Positions 27,547-35,582 of a DNA stretch of 38,761 bases are shown here, in pieces. The position numbers and the translations under genes were made by a program. The notes below the pieces were generated by a model. That model was not told the DNA's origin, searched no databases, and saw only the letters and a list, made by a program, of their open reading frames with translations. Each line of letters begins with the position of its first letter. Position 1 is the first letter of the stretch. Origin of the DNA: Oscillospiraceae bacterium (GTDB lineage Bacteria; Bacillota; Clostridia; Oscillospirales; Acutalibacteraceae); NCBI GenBank assembly GCA_029004655.1, contig JAQVYP010000001.1:1-38761 (forward strand), read 5' to 3'.

Positions 27547-28128
27547 TCAATCCAGATCGAATTCTCTTTCAATCGCCTTTGAAATAAACTCGAAATTCTT
27601 TCCGTTATTTTCCAACTCGCCGTTGTCAATCATTATAGCCGCACCATAGATTAATGAACGAACAACAAAGGTTTTCATTATTTCTTTATCCCTTGACAAA
27701 TTGACTTGTTCACAGTATTTACGGATAAGGTTTTGTGTGCAGCAACTTAGTTCAGACTTCATATGCGCTTGACTTACATCCATTTTGCCGAAATTAAGCA
27801 TAATGATTGAGCGAAAATGCGGATTTTCAACAAGGAAACGAATATATTCCAAGCTTATTTCGGTCAATTGGCGGCGATAGTCCCCCTGAAATTTAGCTAC
27901 AACTACTTCCTGACGCTTATACCACTGCTCATTTATATACTCTATAATTGCAATAACCAGACCAAGCTTGCCATCAAAATGTTTGTATGGTGCAGCACAA
28001 GAAACCTTGCATTTTCCGGCAACTCTCCGTAGCGAAAAATACTGCACTCCATTCTGCTCAATTTCTTCAATTCCTGCTAATATCAATTTTTCCTTAACGG
28101 AAATATTACTTCCGTCTGTTATTTTCAT
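27547..28128 (-). CDS. TetR/AcrR family transcriptional regulator
   Basis: 193 aa with an N-terminal HTH (FSLRRVAGKCKVSCAAPYKHF) typical of TetR. Directly upstream of the DegV genes on the same strand. Confidence 0.8.
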   Translation of the reverse strand: MKITDGSNISVKEKLILAGIEEIEQNGVQYFSLRRVAGKCKVSCAAPYKHFDGKLGLVIAIIEYINEQWYKRQEVVVAKFQGDYRRQLTEISLEYIRFLVENPHFRSIIMLNFGKMDVSQAHMKSELSCCTQNLIRKYCEQVNLSRDKEIMKTFVVRSLIYGAAIMIDNGELENNGKNFEFISKAIEREFDLD

Positions 28129-28191
28129 GTTATCTTCCTTAAAAACGTAGCAACCGTAACAGCAAAGCCACGATATGTAATAAACCTTTAC

Positions 28192-28755
28192 TTATATATT
28201 AATAACGCCCAGACCTTCCAACAAAAATCTAACACCCATTAGGATTAAAACAATTCCACCAAACATCTCTGCCTTTGACTTGTATTTGCATCCAAACACA
28301 TTGCCGATTTTTACTCCCAAAACCGAGAAAATAAAAGTAACCGCCGCAATAAGCAAAACAGCAAAAATAATATTAACTTGCGAGGCTGCAAAGCTTACAC
28401 CGGCCGCAAGAGCATCAATACTGGTCGCAATTGCAAGTGGGAACATTGCCTTAAATCTAAATGAGCAATCAACCGATTCCGCTTTTTCCATGGATTCCTT
28501 CACCATTTTGCCACCAATAATAGATAGTAAAACAAATGAAATCCAGAAGTCGATACCTGTAATAATCGGCGCAAATCGAACTGCGAGGATATATCCAATT
28601 AAAGGCATTAAACCTTGGAATCCACCAAAATATAAGCCTACAATTATATTTTCTTTTAAATTTGATTTTTGAACTGACAGACCTTTACAAATCGAAACTG
28701 CAAAAGCATCCATTGATAATCCAATTGCTATTATAACTAAATCCAATGTATTCAT
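28192..28755 (-). CDS. mntP: Manganese efflux pump MntP family
   Basis: 187 aa, 6 TMs, with the duplicated DAFAVS / DALAAGVS motifs characteristic of MntP (DUF204 repeats). Confidence 0.82.
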   Translation of the reverse strand: MNTLDLVIIAIGLSMDAFAVSICKGLSVQKSNLKENIIVGLYFGGFQGLMPLIGYILAVRFAPIITGIDFWISFVLLSIIGGKMVKESMEKAESVDCSFRFKAMFPLAIATSIDALAAGVSFAASQVNIIFAVLLIAAVTFIFSVLGVKIGNVFGCKYKSKAEMFGGIVLILMGVRFLLEGLGVINI

Positions 28756-29003
28756 AACTATCCTCCAAATTAAAAGCGAGACTTATCCACACCATAATTT
28801 GTGTAAACAAGTCTTGTTTTTAATAAACAACCAGATTATAAAATCGCCATGTTGACTATGTTACACCAAAGGTTGATAACTATGCCTTAATTTGTATATT
28901 AAAGTAAAGTATATTATAAATATACTCTTTTTACAAGATAATTATTTGTAAAATATGTTTTTAATGCAACAACATACAATACACAAATTTGTAAATCCAT
29001 CAT

Positions 29004-29036
29004 ATTGTCAACTTAAAAATAATTTGGGTTGACAAT
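29004..29036. promoter_or_regulatory. BirA operator (bioO-like inverted repeat)
   Basis: ATTGTCAAC-N15-GTTGACAAT is a perfect 9-bp inverted repeat. It matches the TGTnAAC...GTTnACA half-site type bound by BirA repressors, and it overlaps the -35 of the birA-bioY promoter. Confidence 0.65.
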
Positions 29037-29056
29037 CGCTGTTTTTATGTTAGAAT
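29029..29056 (+). promoter_or_regulatory. Promoter of birA-bioY
   Basis: TTGACA (29029-29034), a 16-nt spacer ending in TGT, then TAGAAT (29051-29056), i.e. an extended -10. Confidence 0.5.
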
Positions 29057-29090
29057 AATATTACTTTTTAGATTTAAGGTGGTTAGATTT

Positions 29091-30071
29091 GTGAATGTTA
29101 AGCAGGAGGTTTTGAATATTTTTGAAACAAACAAAGGAACTTGTATATCCGGTGCACAGCTTGCGGCTCAGCTGGGTGTTAGCAGAAATGCGGTTTGGAA
29201 GGCTGTGAAATCACTACAGGAAGAGGGATACCGCATAACAGCAGTAACAAACAAAGGTTATACCCTTTCAAGCGATAATGACATTCTGTCCCCTCAAAGT
29301 ATTTCTAAATATCTGACTGATGATGCCGGTCCGTTTAATATAGAAGTTTATAAAACTATTTCCTCAACTAACAGTGTTCTTAAATCTCTTGCTTCCGATG
29401 GTGCAGCCGAAGGAAAAGTTATTATTTCAGGAGAACAAACGCAGGGACGCGGTCGTCTTAACAGAAGCTTTTATTCTCCAATGGGAACCGGAATTTACAT
29501 GAGCATTTTGCTAAGGCCTAAAATGACCGCCGCTGATTCATTATTTATAACAACCTCTGCGGCTGTTGCTGTTGCCGAAGCCATTGAAGCTATTGCTGAG
29601 AAAGATGCTAAAATCAAATGGGTTAATGACATTTATTGCGGTGACAAAAAGGTTAGTGGCATTTTAACAGAGGCATCACTCGATTTAGAAGGTGGTGGAC
29701 TGGAATATGCTGTTTTGGGAATTGGCATTAATGTTCTGCAACCGTGCGGTGGATTTCCCGAGGAATTAAAAGACATTGCCACATCTGTTTTTAATGATAC
29801 AAACTGTCCGGCTGATTTAAAAAGCAAGTTGGTTGCCGCTATATTAAATCGTTTTTGGAATTATTATAAATGTATAGAAAACAAAGCATTTTTGAAAGCA
29901 TATATACAGCGTTCAATGATTGTTGGAAATGAAATTTATATATTCGGGAACAACACTTGTGAACAAGCATTTGCAACCAAAATAGACGACCAATGCCGCC
30001 TATGGGTAAGAATGCAAGACGGCACAGAAAAAGCTTTGTCTTCAGGCGAAGTAAGCATAAGGAAAGGATAA
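29091..30071 (+). CDS. birA: Bifunctional biotin-[acetyl-CoA-carboxylase] ligase / biotin operon repressor
   Basis: N-terminal winged HTH (ISGAQLAAQLGVSRNAVWKAVKSLQEEGY) and a biotin-ligase core with GRGRLNRSFYSP and KWVNDIY. I prefer the GTG at 29091 (RBS AAGGTGG). The track ORF starts at a GTG at 29079. Confidence 0.9.
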   Translation: MNVKQEVLNIFETNKGTCISGAQLAAQLGVSRNAVWKAVKSLQEEGYRITAVTNKGYTLSSDNDILSPQSISKYLTDDAGPFNIEVYKTISSTNSVLKSLASDGAAEGKVIISGEQTQGRGRLNRSFYSPMGTGIYMSILLRPKMTAADSLFITTSAAVAVAEAIEAIAEKDAKIKWVNDIYCGDKKVSGILTEASLDLEGGGLEYAVLGIGINVLQPCGGFPEELKDIATSVFNDTNCPADLKSKLVAAILNRFWNYYKCIENKAFLKAYIQRSMIVGNEIYIFGNNTCEQAFATKIDDQCRLWVRMQDGTEKALSSGEVSIRKG

Positions 30072-30083
30072 AAAGAGGTTATC

Positions 30084-30641
30084 ATGAAAATAAATACAAA
30101 ATCGTCGACCAAAAACATTGCAATAATCGGTCTTTTTACCGCATTTACAATAACACTTTCACAGCTTGCCATTCCCTTGCCATCAGGAGTTCCTGTTACA
30201 TTGCAAACTTTTGCAATTGCGCTCTGTGGATATATTCTTGGTTGGAAAAGAGGACTTGCTGCAGTTTGGACATATATAATTCTGGGAGCAATCGGTTTAC
30301 CTGTTTTTTCAAACTTTGGCGGTGGTTTAGGAAAATTATTTGGAATGACCGGTGGATTTATTTGGGGATTTTTATTCCTTGTTATGTTGTGCGGAATCGG
30401 AATTAAGTCAAATAATTTTCTTACAAGCATTGCTTTGGGGATTATTGGATTGGCCCCGTGCCATTTGTTGGGGGTTGTGCAGTTTTCCCTTGTGACTTCC
30501 ACTCCAATTTTAAGAGCTGCATTTTTGGCTTCATTTCCATATTTAATCAAAGATATTGTGTCCATTGCCGGTGCTTATTTTATAGCAATTGCCGCACGAA
30601 AAGCTCTTGCTAAATCCAATATTGGAAAAGAGTTTGTCTAA
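30084..30641 (+). CDS. bioY: Biotin transporter S component BioY
   Basis: 185 aa, 6 TMs. VPVTLQTFAIAL and GMTGGFIWGF are BioY hallmarks. Co-transcribed with birA. Confidence 0.88.
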   Translation: MKINTKSSTKNIAIIGLFTAFTITLSQLAIPLPSGVPVTLQTFAIALCGYILGWKRGLAAVWTYIILGAIGLPVFSNFGGGLGKLFGMTGGFIWGFLFLVMLCGIGIKSNNFLTSIALGIIGLAPCHLLGVVQFSLVTSTPILRAAFLASFPYLIKDIVSIAGAYFIAIAARKALAKSNIGKEFV

Positions 30642-30656
30642 TCAACATTCAACAAC

Positions 30657-30689
30657 AAAATCCTTGAAGTAATAAGCTTCAAGGATTTT
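30657..30689. terminator. Bidirectional intrinsic terminator (bioY / 711-aa membrane protein)
   Basis: AAAATCCTTGAAG-TAATAAG-CTTCAAGGATTTT. Confidence 0.7.
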
Positions 30690-30707
30690 GCAATGTAAAA
30701 ATAAATG

Positions 30708-32843
30708 TTAAAAATACATCTTAATACAAACATCCCATATGCCGTTAAACAACACAAACCCGGAGACTACAAAGGCGACTGTATTATAAATAGCTTTGTT
30801 GACATTGTTTTTGATTTTAGGAAATCCTATTACAAATATAAATGGGAAAACCAGTGGAAGAAGATATCTAGGTTGGCAACCAGCAACCGAATCCGACCCC
30901 ACTGCTGTAAAGCTAATATACAATGCAGTTACAACAAGCAACACAGCAATAAAGCAAAAAAACGACGTTATAGATTTAAATAATACATTTGATGTGAGTT
31001 GGTCGTATTCGTTTTTGTCTGTTAGTGCAACACCTGTCAACAACGCTAAAAGCACAAGATGGTGATCTGACATTCCAAGATATGCTAAGAAATTCATAAA
31101 TCCGGATGATTGTTCAAAAGAAAGATATCCTTTTATGAACCTAAAAAATGTCTTTGCATATTCAAATGGATTAGCCAATATATATTTTACCTGTTCCAGC
31201 GAGTTTACATCTGTTCCACCGCGAGTATCTCCGATACCCGGTCCGACTAATATAAACGGTAATGCAAATGTAGCTAAAGGTAACAGCGCTCCTGCACAAA
31301 CGCTAAATCGAAACCATTTACACATTTTTTCAGTTTTAAATTTAGTCTTTGGCATTAACAGTAAAATGCCCATGACAACGAAATAAACCGCTTTGGATCC
31401 GACACCAATTAAAAAACTGCCAACAATTATAATCCAATCTAAGGCACTGATTTTTTTATAGGGTTCTTGAACTTCACTAAAAAAGTATGCAAATCCTAGC
31501 ATCAAAAACGATGTCACCCATGCGTCATAAGTATATGAGCTGGCAAGAAAAACTTGCGTTGGAAGTAGAGCTATTACGGTCAAAATCATCTTTCCCGATT
31601 TAAGCTTCCTAATGGCAAAATAAACCACGATGCAATATGCAATCATGTTACCTAGTCTGCCGAAAATGAATATCCATTTGAATGAAAGGCCTAAACTTCT
31701 TCCTATAAACAAACCAACCGCACATCCGGTATACCCAATTTTCCTATATTGGTCAAAAATTGTTCCACGAGCTTGAGTGTTTATTGAACCTTGAGCATAA
31801 TTCTCTTGCAGACGTTCAAAAGCTGTATCATTTTCTTGTTCAGAAAATGTAAACGGATATTTATTTGACATTATTTGCAAATCCGCTTTAGTATACATTC
31901 CATCGCCGACAAACGACATACTCAGTGCATTACTGTAATGTATTTGATCGTCCCAGCAGGAGTTAAAAGGTGCATACACACAAAGCAAGGTACCTGCACT
32001 TAAGAAAATAAGAGCAAAGAAACGTTCCGGCTTACTGCCAATATATTCTCTAAAAACAATAATTGCTGAAATTAATAAGCCTATTAAACATGCGAAAATA
32101 TAATATTGTGGCTTATTTCCTTTGTCCAAAACTTTTAAAGCCGGCTTTATTATGAGGCACATTATTCCACATGCTGCAATACTGCAAAAGAAAAAAACCA
32201 GTATTTTTAGATATCCACTAGAAATTGCCAAAGCAACTCTTTTAAAAAAATCTAATATTTTTTCTACATGCTTAAAATAAATAAGTAAACAATTAATTAA
32301 TATAAACATCAAAAACAAACAGATTACTCTGGCAGATTTAAACTGTGGTAATCCGCTTAATACTTCTAGCTTATTTGGGCTTACTTCAACACTTTCCAAT
32401 GTAAATTCCGAATTTATATCTAAGCGCAAATAATTGTATTTATCTGTAGGAAGGTTGCTCATGTATATATTTGAATAAGTCGGTGCATATAATATTTCAG
32501 AATTTGTTTCCGTAAAATTATTGCTTCTACCGTAAAACACTTGAACACTCGCCAAAAGATTAGATGTCTTTTCAAAATTAACAGATATACTGCTAATATC
32601 TAATTTATAATCTGATATATCAATAATCAGTTTCGGATCTTCTGTAGTAGGTGTGAATTTATTGCCATCAACAGTATAACCGTCAGTTGAAATATTCGAA
32701 GTCGAATAAACGTTCTTCTTATCATTTGACATCTGGTTTTGATTTATTGAGGGATTGGTGTTCATTATAACAATCTCTAATAGTACTGCGGCTATTATTG
32801 CCAATGCTATACCTATATAATACTTAAATATGACTTTTTTCAT
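30708..32843 (-). CDS. Large polytopic membrane protein, GT-C/DUF2142-like putative glycosyl- or polymer-transferase
   Basis: 711 aa. Has an N-terminal TM, a ~150-aa extracytoplasmic beta-rich domain, then more than 10 TMs. An acidic loop motif WDDQIHYSNA follows the first TM bundle, resembling the DE..H loop of DUF2142/GT-C enzymes. The assignment is by architecture only. Confidence 0.45.
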   Translation of the reverse strand: MKKVIFKYYIGIALAIIAAVLLEIVIMNTNPSINQNQMSNDKKNVYSTSNISTDGYTVDGNKFTPTTEDPKLIIDISDYKLDISSISVNFEKTSNLLASVQVFYGRSNNFTETNSEILYAPTYSNIYMSNLPTDKYNYLRLDINSEFTLESVEVSPNKLEVLSGLPQFKSARVICLFLMFILINCLLIYFKHVEKILDFFKRVALAISSGYLKILVFFFCSIAACGIMCLIIKPALKVLDKGNKPQYYIFACLIGLLISAIIVFREYIGSKPERFFALIFLSAGTLLCVYAPFNSCWDDQIHYSNALSMSFVGDGMYTKADLQIMSNKYPFTFSEQENDTAFERLQENYAQGSINTQARGTIFDQYRKIGYTGCAVGLFIGRSLGLSFKWIFIFGRLGNMIAYCIVVYFAIRKLKSGKMILTVIALLPTQVFLASSYTYDAWVTSFLMLGFAYFFSEVQEPYKKISALDWIIIVGSFLIGVGSKAVYFVVMGILLLMPKTKFKTEKMCKWFRFSVCAGALLPLATFALPFILVGPGIGDTRGGTDVNSLEQVKYILANPFEYAKTFFRFIKGYLSFEQSSGFMNFLAYLGMSDHHLVLLALLTGVALTDKNEYDQLTSNVLFKSITSFFCFIAVLLVVTALYISFTAVGSDSVAGCQPRYLLPLVFPFIFVIGFPKIKNNVNKAIYNTVAFVVSGFVLFNGIWDVCIKMYF

Positions 32844-32882
32844 ATATTATTCCCCGTAATCCTAAAAATCCTATTTGCTTTT

Positions 32883-33050
32883 TTACGATGTTGTACCGTA
32901 TATATAATGAATAATCATTATATCATTACTGCCCTTTTTGCGCAAGTAATGATTACCATTAAAATCATATAAACAAAGCAATATAAAACCACCCGAACCT
33001 ATCGCAAAAACGCCATACATCCCTCCAATTTCGTGTCCAATATAGTTCAT
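32883..33050 (-). CDS. Possible 55-aa small membrane protein (below the ORF-track cutoff)
   Basis: My own translation gives MNYIGHEIGGMYGVFAIGSGGFILLCLYDFNGNHYLRKKGSNDIMIIHYIYGTTS, with one hydrophobic segment. There is no clear RBS, so it may be non-coding. Confidence 0.2.
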   Translation of the reverse strand: MNYIGHEIGGMYGVFAIGSGGFILLCLYDFNGNHYLRKKGSNDIMIIHYIYGTTS

Positions 33051-33060
33051 AAGTTTGTTT

Positions 33061-33249
33061 TTATATATTTACACCTGAAAATATGATAAATGCAACTACA
33101 ACAGCCGCAACAATCAAAGTTAGGCAACCGCTTCCGCCTCGCGGGGGACGTTGTCCGCCACCACCGCCTTTTGTGGATCTGTTAAATGCTTGCATATAGT
33201 GAGTATATCCATCAAACCCTTTGCCATAGAATCCAAAATCTCCACCCAT
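33061..33249 (-). CDS. Tiny Gly-rich, C-terminally anchored membrane protein (YjcZ-like architecture)
   Basis: 62 aa with a strong RBS AGGGAGG. A Gly/Tyr/Phe-rich N-terminus and GGGGGQRPPRGGSG are followed by a single C-terminal TM (LTLIVAAVVVAFIIFSG). The architecture recalls tiny sporulation membrane peptides, but this is not a sequence-level identification. Confidence 0.5.
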   Translation of the reverse strand: MGGDFGFYGKGFDGYTHYMQAFNRSTKGGGGGQRPPRGGSGCLTLIVAAVVVAFIIFSGVNI

Positions 33250-33384
33250 AAAACTGCCTCCCTTTAATTTCTTTATATTACCTTCTTTATATTACTATAT
33301 TATGCTATTTGATGTACGATTAATAGGACTTAGCAATGTACCACCCCCTGTCAAGTTGACACTTTTTAGATGTTTTTTATCACA

Positions 33385-33419
33385 AAGAGAAGCACGTCGA
33401 AATTCGGCGTGCTTCTCTT
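33385..33419 (-). terminator. Intrinsic terminator after the 310-aa Cys-rich gene
   Basis: AAGAGAAGCACG - loop - CGTGCTTCTCTT (12-bp stem), followed by a T-rich tract on the minus strand. Confidence 0.6.
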
Positions 33420-33495
33420 GTTTGTCTGCTTAATACAAAATAGGTTAAAATTAAGCAATACTTATTTTTCAATCTATCATTTTACAATTAGTTAA

Positions 33496-34428
33496 TTACT
33501 TTTTGTTTTTACACTTGCAAGTTGACTTTTTACCAGAAGCGGAAAACAATTTTGCGGAATTTTTTAAACCTGTATTGGTTAAACTTGTATTGATTAAGCT
33601 TGAATTGGTTACATTTAAATTGGTAGAGCCACAATTTGTGCAAATATCTTCACTTGTAGCTTCAATACATTCTACAGATGGAGCACCGGTACTGGCAACT
33701 GAACCGAATTCAACGTTGACAGCAACACAGACATCCTGTGCCATTGTAAAGAAACAACTTCCATTAACCATTCCGGGACAAGCAGTTTCACCTGATGTTA
33801 CAACGGGAGTTCCACAACAAGTCGTGGTTGTTGTGCCCGCAGTCGCAAATGGCGTTACCGTCACGGGCACACATACCGTTGATGATTCATAAGCAGTTTT
33901 TTCGCATGTTTGTATGCTCTTACATGCAGGTCCGCAAATGCTTAATCCTGATTTAGTTTCGTTCCCACCAAACAAACATACATTATTAGGACCGATAGGA
34001 TAAGGCGTTGTCAGCTCAAAGCAAAAATTCATCACACCGCCAACCTTATTCAAGCCAAAGTCGAGTTTCAGTCCCGGACAGCCTGTCGGAGGATCCGGTT
34101 GAGCAAGTGTGCGTAATTCCACATTACCACCCGGTCCAAAAATTACTTCTTGTGGGTCGCCATCTATCGTTACAGATACATTAACAATTTCATTTTGAGC
34201 AATTTCATCGCATATTCCTAATACCAAATGACTCAAATCTTTAAATTGTGGCAGATCTTGCCCCACGCCGGTGACAATGTAACAAAAGCGTTGATTTTCA
34301 CCCGGTGAAGGATTCAAATTTGAATTTGCTACATCTAATTCTATTAAAAACGGAAGAATTACATCTCCAATAACATTGCTGTAATTGATTTGTAAATTGC
34401 AAGACAATTCTTCACTTTGCTGTAACAT
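33496..34428 (-). CDS. Cys/Thr-rich protein, long paralog (unrecognised N-domain, shared Cys-rich module, basic tail)
   Basis: 310 aa with no signal peptide. Its C-terminal half (STVCVPVTVTPFATAGTTTTTCCGTPVVTSG...ATSEDICTNCG) is paralogous to the whole upstream 108-aa protein. The tail is SLINTSLTNTGLKN...KCKCKNKK. RBS AAAGGAGAA. Confidence 0.7.
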   Translation of the reverse strand: MLQQSEELSCNLQINYSNVIGDVILPFLIELDVANSNLNPSPGENQRFCYIVTGVGQDLPQFKDLSHLVLGICDEIAQNEIVNVSVTIDGDPQEVIFGPGGNVELRTLAQPDPPTGCPGLKLDFGLNKVGGVMNFCFELTTPYPIGPNNVCLFGGNETKSGLSICGPACKSIQTCEKTAYESSTVCVPVTVTPFATAGTTTTTCCGTPVVTSGETACPGMVNGSCFFTMAQDVCVAVNVEFGSVASTGAPSVECIEATSEDICTNCGSTNLNVTNSSLINTSLTNTGLKNSAKLFSASGKKSTCKCKNKK

Positions 34429-34451
34429 AGGGATTCTCCTTTACACACAAT

Positions 34452-34778
34452 TTACAAATTGCAGTTTGTACAAATATCTTCACTTGTTGCATCACCACAT
34501 TCTACAGCCGGAGCGCCGACAGTTGCTACAGCGCCAAAATTAACAGGAACTGCAACACAAAGAGTTTGAGCAATTGTAAAGTAACAGCTTCCGTTAATTG
34601 TCCCAGCGCAGATAGTACTACCGGATGTTATAACCGGGTCACCGCAACAGGTCGTGGTTGTTGCACCAGCTGTTGCAAATGGCGTGACAACTACAGGAAC
34701 ACATACCGTTGCAGATTGATATCCTGTTGCAGGGCAAGTCTGGACAGGATCTTGGAATGCCCTTAAATTAACTGACAT
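34452..34778 (-). CDS. Cys/Thr-rich protein, short paralog (stand-alone Cys-rich module)
   Basis: 108 aa with a perfect RBS AAAGGAGGAA. Sequence: ATVCVPVVVTPFATAGATTTTCCGDPVITSGSTICAGTINGSCYFTIAQTLCVAVPVNFGAVATVGAPAVECGDATSEDICTNCNL. 10 Cys, no signal peptide. Confidence 0.7.
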   Translation of the reverse strand: MSVNLRAFQDPVQTCPATGYQSATVCVPVVVTPFATAGATTTTCCGDPVITSGSTICAGTINGSCYFTIAQTLCVAVPVNFGAVATVGAPAVECGDATSEDICTNCNL

Positions 34779-34808
34779 TTTTATTCCTCCTTTTAAACGT
34801 ATTTATAA

Positions 34809-34836
34809 TACATTATGCCAAACGGACTAGCAGTGT
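34809..34836 (-). promoter_or_regulatory. Sigma-K-like (mother-cell late sporulation) promoter candidate
   Basis: On the minus strand: AC, 17 nt, then CATAATGTA. This matches the Bacillus SigK pattern AC-N16/17-CATAnnnTA. The -10 ends ~30 nt upstream of the ATG at 34778. Confidence 0.3.
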
Positions 34837-34973
34837 TAATTTAGAACAACTGCCCCTTTAAGCTAAATATGGTTAGAACTTAAGTTTTTTGAAGAATCAC
34901 ATAAAAAGGCTATTGTTTTTATACGATTCGATTACATAAAATTTGTTTTATTATCTTCAAAAAAACAGAAAAA

Positions 34974-35013
34974 AACGTATATCTGATACTCTAATTGCAT
35001 CAAAATATACGTT
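34974..35013 (-). terminator. Intrinsic terminator after the His-rich EamA-like gene
   Basis: AACGTATAT - 22-nt loop - ATATACGTT, with a long T-run on the minus strand (an A-run at 34961-34975 on the plus strand). Confidence 0.45.
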
Positions 35014-35156
35014 CTTTTTGAGAAAGACTAACCAATAGGAGCAGAAACGAAGTAATAAAGATAAAAAGTAAGACACGATCAAACCAATTACCTTTCACCG
35101 CTAAACTGGAATCTACTGCCATTCATAAATAACACTCATAAGCTTCTTGCCCTCTA

Positions 35157-35582
35157 TTAAGATGTTTTATGATTGTGTTCATGTCCCGATATATGTCCAT
35201 GAGTGTGCTCATGGTTTTCTCCATAACTATCGCTATGGACATGCGAATGGTTATGCATATGCTCATGGGTATGAGCAACACCATCGTGCTCATGCTCATG
35301 AGTATGTGCGTGAATGTGTTTATGGATATGCTGTAATGTTATCGTATCTGTAACGGAGAAATATGTTCCGATTAACATTATGGCAAGCGCAATAAAAAAA
35401 GTAATTTCCGGCATTTCCCGGAATATCAGGAATGAGAACGCCACACCAAGAAAAGGGGCGATTGCATAATATGCGCTCGTTTTTGCCGCACCCAGATTTC
35501 TCTGAGCCAGGATGTAGAAGTATATGCTCAACCCGTAGGCAACGAAACCCAAAAGCAAGGCGGCCAATATCAATAATCGCAT
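35157..35582 (-). pseudogene. Truncated EamA/DMT-type transporter fragment (last ~3 TMs) fused to a His-rich tail
   Basis: 141 aa. Only the C-terminal part of one EamA domain is present (LGAAKTSAYYAIAPFLGVAFSFLIFRE...IMLIGTYF), followed by a 57-aa tail with ~20 His. There is no RBS at its ATG. A well-placed RBS and ATG sit 31 nt upstream (35613) in another frame. Confidence 0.5.

Noticed and set aside
28756-28900. Expected yybP-ykoY manganese riboswitch upstream of mntP (minus strand).
   Set aside because: I looked for the conserved GGGGAGUAG and UUGACA/AGCAAGACC cores in the reverse complement. I found only weak resemblances (AUAGUCAACAUGG, AACAAGAC), so it cannot be supported by eye. A cmscan with RF00080 would decide.
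29936-30565. 209-aa antisense ORF spanning the birA end and bioY, plus the 137-aa ORF at 29993-30406.
   Set aside because: birA and bioY on the plus strand carry clear family motifs. The antisense and out-of-frame ORFs have no RBS and no recognisable domains.
30705-30983. 92-aa plus-strand ORF and the neighbouring 89-aa and 83-aa ORFs (30796-31065, 31135-31386).
   Set aside because: All lie antisense within the 711-aa membrane protein gene and have no start signals.
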